A stretch of 64,000 bases of DNA from assembly GCA_965219445.1 (NCBI GenBank), contig CBDCNQ010000004.1:896001-960000 (forward strand), read 5' to 3'. Origin of the DNA: Longimicrobiales bacterium. Its GTDB lineage: Bacteria > Gemmatimonadota > Gemmatimonadetes > Longimicrobiales > Gaopeijiaceae. The notes beneath the pieces are model-generated. The model ran no database searches. It was not told the origin of the DNA and saw only the letters and a program-made list of their open reading frames with translations. Positions 36,587 to 45,639 of the stretch are shown here, in pieces. Made by a program: the position numbers and the translations under genes. Every line of letters begins with the position of its first letter. Positions within the stretch are counted from its first letter, which is position 1.

Positions 36587-39370
36587 CTAAGGGTTCAGCC
36601 AGTAGTTCACCTTGATCATGAAGATGTTGTCCGGAGCGACGTCGAATATGTCCCCCGTGTCACGCCCGAGATCGAAGGTCCCCACCCAGTCGTCCGTCCC
36701 GGGTGCTCTGTGGCCCGTTACCGAATCGATTCTCCGCTGCTGCCACACGAAAAACAGCGTCGAGCCCGGCCTCCACTCCCATCTCAGAACCGCGTTTCCG
36801 AGCAGGCTTCGATAGCTGAAGTCTCGGTCGGAAACCGGAAAGCTCGGCGCGGGGTCATCCCCGTCCGGATCGACCTCGAACTCGCCCTCGGGGGTGCGCA
36901 CGACCGTGCCGACGTCTCGCCCGTACTCGAGAAAATCGAAGGTTCCCGGAGCTCGGAACTCCTTCAGCGCACCGTAGTCACCGGTCGAAATGAAGGGCTC
37001 CACGTACATCTGGAGAGAAAGGGTCGGGGAAAAGGTGAGGTTCACCCGGGTCTCGAGTGAGAGTGTGGACCGCTTCAGGTCTGCGAAGACGTAGCGAGTT
37101 TCGAACGTCTGCGTTGCTAGCGGGTCGCCCACGCGAGTCACGTACTGCGCCGCCGACCGGAACCAGGAGTAGGACGGACCGACGCTGATCTGAAGCGTCT
37201 CCTGGAAACGCGCGTTCAGACTCAGCTGAACGCCCCGACTCCACCCACCCGCCTCATCCGAGCCCCAGGTGAACGAGCCGCTCCCGACCGCGGCCCTTCG
37301 CCCGTCGGAGTTCAAACGGAAGGTCACCGACTTGCGGGCTGGAGAGCGTGCGATCGGCCCCCCTCTGGTGAGCCGATCGTCCTCGTTCCACGGGTCGTAT
37401 TGGAGGCGAACCGTGGTGCGCCAATAGTTCAGGAAGGTTAACGAATTCGACAGGTTGACGTTCGCGCGCGTTCGGTCTCCCGCGAAATTCCAAACCGCAT
37501 CGGGGCCTCCGAAGACCCTCCATGACCTGAAAACCCGACCGGGGTCGGGCTGCGTGTACTGATAGTGCGTGTCGAGTAGGAAACGGTCGGCATTGGTGTG
37601 GAACCCGAGGTCGTTTACCTCATAGCCGGGGCTGATCGCCGCGAAGCCGTTCCTCATCGTGAAGTTTCCGGCCTGTTTGCCGACGTATCCCATCGCATAG
37701 AAGCCGCTCAGGGATGTCGCCGCCGGGTCCAACTCCAGGTGGGAGGCGTCGGGTCTGTGAAGGTACCGGGTCGAGGATTCCTGGGTACGTCGAATCGCGT
37801 CGATTCCGCCCCCGACGCGGCTACCCGAGATCAGGCCGGTGAAGAGCCAGATGCGGTCTGCTGATTCATGTGCGAAGTCGAATCCGCCGGCGTAGGCCGA
37901 GGTGTGCAGGCTCGCCTCCAGAGGGGTGCCCGACGCATCTCGATTCACCGCAGAGGCGATCATCCCGAACCGGGTCTGCCCCCCACGAATCTGGCGCCGT
38001 GCCCTCCCCACGAAGTAGTTCGCCGCCGGCTCGACCATCCGCCGATGGTCCATAGCCCCCCCATCCACATACGTGGCAACCTCCTTGGCGGTCACAGCCT
38101 CTAGAATCCCCAGCGACCAGCCGTCCCCGATCCGGCCCGTGACCTTGGCCGCCCCTGCGATCGTCGTAGCGGTCGGCACGTCCGAGAACACCGCGTCAGA
38201 GGGGACGTCCCCACTGGGCGGCCGCCCGATTCGGCGCGAATAGACGAGCGCCGGTCCCCGACCGATGCTGCCCATGGGTCCGGCTTCGCCGAAGTTGAAA
38301 ATGTCGGCTCCTTCGACGAAGAAGGGCCTTCGCTCGGCGTACTGCGTCTCGAATGCTGTGAGGTTGATGATCGAGGGATCCAGCTCCACCTGCCCAAAGT
38401 CGGGGTTCACCGTCGCGTCGAGGGTCACGTTGGAGGTGATCCGGTACTTGAGATCCAAGCCCACAGCACCGAAGTGATCCGATCCCGACCGATAGGGGTT
38501 CGCGAAATTTATGCCCGAGGGGTCCTCCAGCTGCAAGTACTCCCCACGGGCGGCGACGTAGGGAAGAAGCTCCAGCCTGCGACCCGTCTCGATCCCCTCG
38601 ATTCCGTCCACATGGGCAAACCGCGATACACCGGCCCTCTCGAGCGTCGGAGTGAACGGGAAGGTCGCGTTCTCCTGGTTCCGGTTGATGTCCCGCTCGA
38701 ACTGGACGCCCCACACCTGCAGGTCACTTGGACTGAAGCGAAGTTGGCTGAACGGAATCCGCATCTCGACCACCCATCCCGCGTCGGTCACTTCCGTGGC
38801 CAGGTCCCAGACCGGATCCCACGACGAGTCCCCACGACCCAGGCTGTTTCCGGTGATGATCGCGTCCCCCTTGACGCCCGACGGATTCGTCCAAAAGCGG
38901 TAGGCGGTTTCGTGGTCGTGGTAGCTGTCCAAAAGCACTACGAGCACGTCGGAATCGTCGAGGCCGGCATCCCGCCGGGCAAGACGGGTCGTGACCGGAC
39001 TCCGGTCATCCAGGATCGCTCCGATGTAGATCGCAACGTCATCGTAGGCCAAACGCACCTCGGTGCGCTCTGATGCGGCCTCGCCTTCGAACGGCAGGGT
39101 CTGAAGAAAATCGGTAATCGGGGGGGCATCCAACCACGCCGCGTCGTCGAGCGCTCCATCGATGGAGATCGGAGCGTCGACTCGTGCGGCCCGGGCGCGG
39201 GGCGCGAGGGCATGTCGGTACTCCGAAGTCGGCTGGACCGTGACAGCGGGCTGCGTCCCTTCCTCGACGGGGCGCTGCGCCACGAGCTCTAGCGCTGTGC
39301 AAAGCGTAACGAGGCATCCAATCGGCAAGAAGAGAGCCGTTGAACGCCGCGATGGGGTCTGAGAATGCAT
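36587..39370 (-). CDS. CBM9-like + DUF5916 outer-membrane protein (second copy)
   Basis: IDGALDDAAW, EMRIPFSQLRF, NPDFGQVELDP..INL.AFE..YAERRPFFVEG, SRRIG, KVNYWL. Confidence 0.9.
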   Translation of the reverse strand: MHSQTPSRRSTALFLPIGCLVTLCTALELVAQRPVEEGTQPAVTVQPTSEYRHALAPRARAARVDAPISIDGALDDAAWLDAPPITDFLQTLPFEGEAASERTEVRLAYDDVAIYIGAILDDRSPVTTRLARRDAGLDDSDVLVVLLDSYHDHETAYRFWTNPSGVKGDAIITGNSLGRGDSSWDPVWDLATEVTDAGWVVEMRIPFSQLRFSPSDLQVWGVQFERDINRNQENATFPFTPTLERAGVSRFAHVDGIEGIETGRRLELLPYVAARGEYLQLEDPSGINFANPYRSGSDHFGAVGLDLKYRITSNVTLDATVNPDFGQVELDPSIINLTAFETQYAERRPFFVEGADIFNFGEAGPMGSIGRGPALVYSRRIGRPPSGDVPSDAVFSDVPTATTIAGAAKVTGRIGDGWSLGILEAVTAKEVATYVDGGAMDHRRMVEPAANYFVGRARRQIRGGQTRFGMIASAVNRDASGTPLEASLHTSAYAGGFDFAHESADRIWLFTGLISGSRVGGGIDAIRRTQESSTRYLHRPDASHLELDPAATSLSGFYAMGYVGKQAGNFTMRNGFAAISPGYEVNDLGFHTNADRFLLDTHYQYTQPDPGRVFRSWRVFGGPDAVWNFAGDRTRANVNLSNSLTFLNYWRTTVRLQYDPWNEDDRLTRGGPIARSPARKSVTFRLNSDGRRAAVGSGSFTWGSDEAGGWSRGVQLSLNARFQETLQISVGPSYSWFRSAAQYVTRVGDPLATQTFETRYVFADLKRSTLSLETRVNLTFSPTLSLQMYVEPFISTGDYGALKEFRAPGTFDFLEYGRDVGTVVRTPEGEFEVDPDGDDPAPSFPVSDRDFSYRSLLGNAVLRWEWRPGSTLFFVWQQRRIDSVTGHRAPGTDDWVGTFDLGRDTGDIFDVAPDNIFMIKVNYWLNP

Positions 39371-39524
39371 CTGTTGGGGACTTGTGGTGGGAAGTGTCTG
39401 AACGGCGCTAAGCTCTCCCGATCCCTTCGGGAAAGCAAGCGAGAGAGGGATATTACAGCTCCGAGAGGAGCCGACTTCACAGACTCGGAGCGGCACACCC
39501 CACATTGCCAACTCAGAGATATCA

Positions 39525-39548
39525 TATCATGATGTAGGTATCATGATG
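39525..39548. promoter_or_regulatory. Putative TA operator: two ATCATGAT palindromes
   Basis: tatcatgatg at 39525-39534 and 39539-39548, the second overlapping the antitoxin start codon. Confidence 0.6.
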
Positions 39549-39842
39549 GCACGCACACAACTTTCCTTTGAGAGAGAAATGCTCCAGAAGGCCCGGGAGC
39601 GGGCAGGTCAGCTTGGAATCTCGCTTGCCGAATACGTACGCCGGCTGGTGGCGGAGGATCTGGGCGGCGGAATAGAGCCGGTGGGCCCCACCGCAGTTTT
39701 CAATCTCGGGAGTTCGGGGGGCTCAGACGTCGCGCGGGACAAGGACGCAATGCTTGGACAGGCTTTCTCGGAAGCGGCACGGCCAAGGGTAGATCGTTCT
39801 AAGGAAGATCGTCTCCCGGATGGAGGAGAGGCTGAGCGTTGA
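39543..39842 (+). CDS. Ribbon-helix-helix (VapB/CopG-like) antitoxin
   Basis: MARTQLSF...ARERAGQLGISLAEYVRRLV, SGGSDVARDKD; overlaps PIN gene start. Confidence 0.8.
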   Translation: MMARTQLSFEREMLQKARERAGQLGISLAEYVRRLVAEDLGGGIEPVGPTAVFNLGSSGGSDVARDKDAMLGQAFSEAARPRVDRSKEDRLPDGGEAER

Positions 39843-40252
39843 GCTTGTTCGTCGACACCTCCGCCTGGTACGCTGCCGCGGACTCTGGTGATGTAGCAAA
39901 CAGTAGAGCCCGCGAGATCTTGGGTTCCGGAGAGTCCCTTTTGACGACGGATCACATCTTGATCGAAACCTGGACCCTACTTCGTTTTCGAGTTCACCGA
40001 ACGGCGGCGGAGGCTTTTTGGGCCGGGCTCCGAAGCGGGGTTGCGAGAATTGAGGTTGTCGGGGCTGCAGATCTTCAGGCGGCATGGACGATCGGGCAGG
40101 ACTTTCCCGATCAGGGCTTCTCTTTGGTCGACCGAACCAGCTTCGCGGTCATGGAGAGGCTGGGAATCCAGCGCGCCGCATCATTCGATGACGATTTTGC
40201 CGTCTATCGTTTCGGGCCCCGACGGTCGCAAGCTTTCGAGGTGGTGAGGTAG
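39839..40252 (+). CDS. vapC: PIN-domain toxin VapC
   Basis: LFVDTSAWYA, ILIETWTLL, FSLVDRTSFAVM, SFDDDF. Confidence 0.92.
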   Translation: MSLFVDTSAWYAAADSGDVANSRAREILGSGESLLTTDHILIETWTLLRFRVHRTAAEAFWAGLRSGVARIEVVGAADLQAAWTIGQDFPDQGFSLVDRTSFAVMERLGIQRAASFDDDFAVYRFGPRRSQAFEVVR

Positions 40253-40295
40253 CCGTTCCATGCTATTATCCCACTCCCTCAACAGGAGTGAATAC

Positions 40296-40658
40296 ATGAC
40301 CCATTACGGCTCCAAGGAACTCGCGCAGAGCTTTCGCACCGTTCGCAAGAACACCCTCGAGACGGCGCGGGACATTCCCGAAGACAAGTACGACTTTGCG
40401 GCGGCACCGGATTGTAAGAGTGTCGAGAAACTGCTGACCCATATCGCGCTTGCCTATCGGCTTCAGCATCAGGTTCACGCCGTCGAGAAGCGGTCCAGCA
40501 TGGAGGGCCTAGACTTCCCGGCGATCATGGCCGAGCTCGGGGCGCAAGAAGCGCAACCCCGAACGAAGAGCCAGGTGATCGCGATGCTCGAGGAGGGGGG
40601 CGAGATCTGGGCGACCTTTTTGGATGGTTTGTGCCGGAGGAGCGTGCACGGGCTCTGA
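40296..40658 (+). pseudogene. DinB family protein, apparently C-terminally truncated
   Basis: RBS AGGAG; ARDIPEDKYDF..KSVEKLLTHI; ends at FLDGL+CRRSVHGL without the C-terminal His-containing helix (HxxxHxGQ-type). Confidence 0.65.
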
Positions 40659-40791
40659 ATAGTGTAGCCGGAGTGTAGCTCTGGTGCCGGAATCCATTCA
40701 CGGCACCCGGAATCGCTATTGACATCCGAGGGTGCCGTGACGTAGGACAATGGGGCACTTCGGATTCCGAGACTCCAGACCAAGGGACATT

Positions 40792-41943
40792 ATGCGACTC
40801 ACGCCCAGCTTCGGCGTGATCACCGCGTTCATCCTGCTCGCCGCCTCTGCCGGGCTCTCCGCCCAAGCGGCCGAGGTCACCGAGCCGTTCAAAGTAGGAA
40901 CGTTCGAGATCGATGGGATCCCCACAGTGGGACTCGTCTTCCGCGACGCGATCGTCGCCGATCTCAGCGCGGCGAACGATCTGCTCGAGACCAATCCGGC
41001 CTATCCGCACGTCCCGATGCCGGAGGACATGCTCGCGCTGATCGGTCAATATGGGTATGGGCTCAAGTACCGCCTTTACGAGATCGCCAACAACCTCGTG
41101 GACGGGGGCCGGCTCACGGGATCTACGCGCGCCGAGTTCGTTCATGACGTGGAGGACATCCGGACGCTCCCGCCGATCATGTACCCCAGAAAGGTTCTGA
41201 ACGCGGCGGGAAACTTCTACAGCCACGTGGGAGAGGGCGGCGGCCCCGAAGCACAGGCGGCAGCGGCACGCGAACGGGCTGCCAACCGAGGCGTCCCGTA
41301 CCTCTTCATGAAGCCGACATGGGGCTCGATCATCGGAAATGGCGATGCGATCACGATTCCATACGGTCGTGACCGGACGGACTGGGAGGTCGAGATAGGG
41401 ACGGTGATCGGCCGCGCGGCAAAGTACGTCACCTCTGCAGACGCCCAGGACTACGTGTTCGGCTACATGGTCACGATCGACGTCTCCGACCGTGGCGGCC
41501 GTCCGCCGGGAAACCGGGAGTCTGGCGGCGACTGGTTCGTCGGTAAGGGCCACGACACCTTTGCGCCCCACGGACCCTGGATTGTTCCAAAAGAGTTCTA
41601 CGGCGACCCGATGCAGAACCTGCGGCAGACGCTGAGCGTGGACGGTCGGATCCTGCAGGAAGCCAGGGCGGGCGATATGATCCATTCGCTCTGGGAGCTG
41701 ATCGAGTACGCTTCGTCGATCAACACGCTCCTCCCCGGTGACGTGATCAACGGTGGCACCTCGGGCGGCACCGGGATGGCTGTGGTGCAGACCGGTGAAG
41801 CACAGTGGCTGCAACCGGGCGACGTGGTAGAGGCCACCGTCGATGGAATCGGGACACTGAGGATGCCCGTAATCGGCGAGGACAGGCCCGCCGGTGACAC
41901 GGGAGTCCGGCTGCCCCCGGTGAACACCTACCGAAACCGGTGA
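40792..41943 (+). CDS. Secreted fumarylacetoacetate hydrolase family protein
   Basis: PYLFMK, DWEVEIG.VIG, IDVSDR, GKGHDTFAPHGP, LLPGDVI.GGT; signal peptide. Confidence 0.92.
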   Translation: MRLTPSFGVITAFILLAASAGLSAQAAEVTEPFKVGTFEIDGIPTVGLVFRDAIVADLSAANDLLETNPAYPHVPMPEDMLALIGQYGYGLKYRLYEIANNLVDGGRLTGSTRAEFVHDVEDIRTLPPIMYPRKVLNAAGNFYSHVGEGGGPEAQAAAARERAANRGVPYLFMKPTWGSIIGNGDAITIPYGRDRTDWEVEIGTVIGRAAKYVTSADAQDYVFGYMVTIDVSDRGGRPPGNRESGGDWFVGKGHDTFAPHGPWIVPKEFYGDPMQNLRQTLSVDGRILQEARAGDMIHSLWELIEYASSINTLLPGDVINGGTSGGTGMAVVQTGEAQWLQPGDVVEATVDGIGTLRMPVIGEDRPAGDTGVRLPPVNTYRNR

Positions 41944-42053
41944 GCCGAGCCGGAGGGGGCGGCGATCGTCCCCGCGAGTTCCTCGATGCGCTGAGGAGCT
42001 GGAAAGATGGCAGGAGTTAAGAGATCACTCGAAAATAGGATGAGGAGGAAGCT

Positions 42054-42530
42054 ATGATACGCTCCCGATTGGTCATGTGGGCTTGCTGTGTGTCCGGCAC
42101 TCTGTTGCTCTGGGGCAACGCGGTATCGGGCCAGATAGTAGCGCCGGACGACGAAGGATTCTTCATCGCGCACCCCGAAGACCTCATGCCCGCCGAGGGC
42201 TCGCGGTCGGTGACGATTCTCGGCAATCCCCGGGAGCCCGGGCTCTACGTGGTCCGAATCACCTTCGGGCCGGGTCAGGGCAGCCGCCCCCACTTCCACA
42301 GTACAGCCCGGCATATCACGGTTCTGAAGGGCACGTGGTGGGTGTCCACCGGCGCCGCATCCGACGTCTACGATCCCGACAACAACATGAGGCCCGTCGA
42401 GGCTGGCACCTTCATCTACGAGCCGCCTAACGGCCATCACTACGACATGGCCAAGGATGAAGAGGTCACGGTCCAGATCATGGGATTCGGGCCCGTAGTG
42501 ACGACCCGGATCGAGACCGACGGCCCCTAG
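42054..42530 (+). CDS. Secreted cupin domain protein
   Basis: PHFH, TVLKGTWWV, AGTFI..P..HHYD. Confidence 0.85.
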   Translation: MIRSRLVMWACCVSGTLLLWGNAVSGQIVAPDDEGFFIAHPEDLMPAEGSRSVTILGNPREPGLYVVRITFGPGQGSRPHFHSTARHITVLKGTWWVSTGAASDVYDPDNNMRPVEAGTFIYEPPNGHHYDMAKDEEVTVQIMGFGPVVTTRIETDGP

Positions 42531-42616
42531 AAGAAGGGCGTTGAGAAAAAGGTGTCGTGCTAGTCTGGACCCGACGCCGGAGTTAGGCTGAAGGCAATCC
42601 CACACGGAGTTGCCCT

Positions 42617-43622
42617 ATGACCCTGAAGACTACGTCGTCGCGATCGTCGGGCGCGCTGCTCCTCGCACCCATCGTGCTCTGCCTCACTGCCGCAGCGTGC
42701 CAGGTCCCCAACGCCCCGGCGCAGGCCACACCCGACCCGTCCGAGCCGTGGAACTGGTCGGAGGAGTACGTACGCTCCGTCGTGAACCAGGTCCGCGCGG
42801 GCCGCGACCTCAATCCGGAGTCGTGGCCGGGCGGGGCGCGGGTTGCGGTCCTGCTCTCCTTCGACGTGGACAACGAGACAGTCCAGGGGCTCCGCTCGGG
42901 AACGCCCAGCATCGGCCCACTGTCGCAGGGCGAATACGGGTCGCGCGTCGCGCTACCCCGCGTCGTGCGCCTGCTCGACAGCGAGAACGTCCCGGCGACC
43001 TTTTTCTTCCCGGCTTGGAGTCTCAAGCTCGCCCCTCAACAGGCCGATGTGATCAACGGGTCGGGGATGCACGAGATCGGGGTGCACGGATGGATCCACG
43101 AGCTGAATACTGCCCTCGACGGCCCGACGGAGGAGCGCCTACTCCGCCAGGCCCCTCGAGACGATCGAAGAGATCACGGGCGAGCGGCCGGTCGGCTACC
43201 GCGCCCCGTCGTGGAACCACAGCCCCAACACGCTCCAGATCGTGCGTGAGCTGGGCTTCCTCTATGAGAGCTCTCTCATGGCCGACGACCGTCCGTATGA
43301 ACTCATGCAGGCCGGCGAAGCGACCGGTGTCGTGGAGCTTCCGGTCGAATGGATTCTGGACGATGCGCCGCTCTTCAACCCACGTGGCAACAGCTACATG
43401 AATCCGCGTGACGTCATGCAGGTGTGGATCGACGAGTTCGACAAAGCGTGGGAAGAGGGCACGATGTTCTTGCTCACCATGCACCCGCACGTGAGCGGCC
43501 ACCGCTCACGGATTGTCGCGCTGGAGGGGCTGATCGACCACATGCAGGCAAAGGGAGACGTCTGGTTCGCCACGCACGAGGACGCGGCGCGGTATGTGAG
43601 GGAGCAGGCAGGCATGGACTGA
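42617..43622 (+). pseudogene. Polysaccharide deacetylase (CE4/PuuE-like) lipoprotein split by a +1 frameshift at C4 43152-43155 (may be an assembly error)
   Basis: LSFDVD, HEIGVHGWIHE; removing one C gives RQALETIEEITGERPVGYRAPSW joined to LYESSLM..LTMHPHVSG. Confidence 0.85.
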
Positions 43623-43765
43623 GGGTCGGGAAAACCCTGATCGATGATGACCGTAACACTAGTCAAACCCGCCGCGCGTCCTTACTTGTACTATTCCACA
43701 ACCAAACGCGACGGGGGGGGAAAGATGTGACCCGTCGGGAGTGTACATCGAGCTGACCGAGGGCT

Positions 43766-44623
43766 ATGACGAGTATTGAGCCCGGACGTGCTTTTCCGCT
43801 TCTCCTGATCCTTCTGCTTTCCTCGTGCGGTCGAGCGGAGCGTGAGCGGGAGGCGGCCGTTGAGGCTGCTCGAGCGGCCACCTTCGTCCAGATCGAATCT
43901 GCACTGTCGGAGACGATCCGGCTCGCGGACCGGCTCGCGGGCTCGGCCGACCGGATCCTGCGGCCACTCCCCGTCATGACGCCGGCCGAGGAGGACGCAC
44001 TGCGCCGATTCCTGAATGACCAGCATGTGGCTCGTGCTCGTGCGCTCGGCGTCCGCGCGGTCAACAGTGAGGCGACGGACTCGCTCGTTGCCACAGGAAG
44101 CCTCGTCCAGCTCGAGGACAGCACGCATCACTGGATCGTCAGGCGGGGTACTTCCCCCGCCTATGTCGTGCCCCACCTGCGCACCCTGCTCGAGGTACTG
44201 GGGGGGCGCTTCCAGGAGCGGCTGGCCGCGATAGGGCTTCCGCCCTACCGCTTCGAGGTCACCAGCGCCTCACGTACCTCCGAGCGTCAGGAACGACTGC
44301 GGCGATCCAACGCCAACGCGGCGGCCGGGGTGAGCTCGCACGAATTCGGCACGACCGTGGACCTCTCCTACGCGGCCTTCGCACCCCCCGCCGACCCGCC
44401 CGAAGAGATCCTCACGGATGTTCCAACGGAATTCACTCCGCATCTGGAGCGCATCGTAGACCTGGCGCTCGAATCGGTCTCGGCCCGCAAGTCGCGGGAG
44501 TTGGGGGCCATCTTCAGCCAGGTGCTCCGGGAGGCGCAAGCTGAAGGACTGGCGCTCGTGATCTACGAACGACAGCAGACGATCTATCACCTCACGGTCG
44601 CGCGTGCGCTGGCGGACCCATAG
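43766..44623 (+). CDS. DUF5715 family lipoprotein (Zn peptidase-like)
   Basis: LLSSC lipobox; VTSASRT..Q..L...NANA..SSHEFGTTVDLSY; ERQQ..YHLTV. Confidence 0.75.
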   Translation: MTSIEPGRAFPLLLILLLSSCGRAEREREAAVEAARAATFVQIESALSETIRLADRLAGSADRILRPLPVMTPAEEDALRRFLNDQHVARARALGVRAVNSEATDSLVATGSLVQLEDSTHHWIVRRGTSPAYVVPHLRTLLEVLGGRFQERLAAIGLPPYRFEVTSASRTSERQERLRRSNANAAAGVSSHEFGTTVDLSYAAFAPPADPPEEILTDVPTEFTPHLERIVDLALESVSARKSRELGAIFSQVLREAQAEGLALVIYERQQTIYHLTVARALADP

Positions 44624-44643
44624 CGCGCCAGCCACAACGAGAC

Positions 44644-45576
44644 TTGATAAGGAGTCCCCTCATCATCGTGCCACCTCTCTTCTTGACGGTTGCTCTTGTT
44701 CTCGCGCCCAACCCTCAGGCCGATCCGCTTGGATTCATCATGTGGGACTCTTCGGAGCTGGAAGAGCGGAATTCAGCCCTCGGGACCAGGGTGGGGCCGG
44801 ATGATTCGGCCCGGGAGACTCTCGCCGACTACGTAACCCCGTCCGGATCGCATCGCTTCCGGTTCATTCGTCGAGATGGAGACGGAAGGCCGGAACAACA
44901 TGACGACATCAACGACGTCGTATACATACAGAGCGGGGAGGGGACCCTGCTGGTGGGTGGCGAAATGCTCGGCCGCACGGGCAACGTTGGCACGGCGATC
45001 AATGGTGGTTCGCGGTATCCTGTGGCTGCCGGCGACGTTCTCCGAATTCCGGCCGGGACTCCTCACGCCTATCTGGTGCCGGATGGCGGCCACGTTACGT
45101 ACGTGCTCGTGCGAGTCCCGGTATTCGTTGGCCAAGTAGGGGACGGGCCGGCACCTCAGCTGGACCCGCCAGGATTCGGCATGTGGCGGTCTTCGGAACT
45201 GGAAGAGCGGAATGCGGCCCTTGCGACCAGAGTGGGGCCGGATGATTCCGCACGTGAGACTCTTGCCGATTACGGTGAGGGGGGCGTGTCACATCGTTTT
45301 CGATTCATTCGTCGGGACGGGGACGGAAGGCCCGAGCTGCACGACAACATTATCGATGTCGTGTTTGTCCAAAGCGGCGAGGGGACCCTGCGGGTGGGCG
45401 GGGAGATGATCGGCCGGTCGAACGCTCCTGGATCCGCGATCAATGGTGGGTCGCGGTATCCTGTGGCCGCCGGCGACGTGCTCCACATTCCGGCCAGAAC
45501 GCCTCACGCATATCTGGTGCCGGATGGCGGGCACATTACCTACGTGCTCATACGCGTCCCGGCGCTCGACGGCTAG
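44644..45576 (+). CDS. Secreted bicupin formed by internal tandem duplication
   Basis: Two near-identical halves WxSSELEERN...HRFRFIRRDGDGRPE.HD...GDVL.IPA.TPHAY. Confidence 0.85.
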   Translation: MIRSPLIIVPPLFLTVALVLAPNPQADPLGFIMWDSSELEERNSALGTRVGPDDSARETLADYVTPSGSHRFRFIRRDGDGRPEQHDDINDVVYIQSGEGTLLVGGEMLGRTGNVGTAINGGSRYPVAAGDVLRIPAGTPHAYLVPDGGHVTYVLVRVPVFVGQVGDGPAPQLDPPGFGMWRSSELEERNAALATRVGPDDSARETLADYGEGGVSHRFRFIRRDGDGRPELHDNIIDVVFVQSGEGTLRVGGEMIGRSNAPGSAINGGSRYPVAAGDVLHIPARTPHAYLVPDGGHITYVLIRVPALDG

Positions 45577-45639
45577 AACTAGACTGCGATTGCCCTGAGC
45601 GTGGTGATCGCAAAGGGTTGGCCCAGCAGTGCGACGCCG

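Noticed and set aside
43625..43760. Possible riboswitch before the DUF5715 gene (CGACGGG/CCCGTCG stem with a G run)
   Set aside because: A single short stem with no recognisable aptamer consensus
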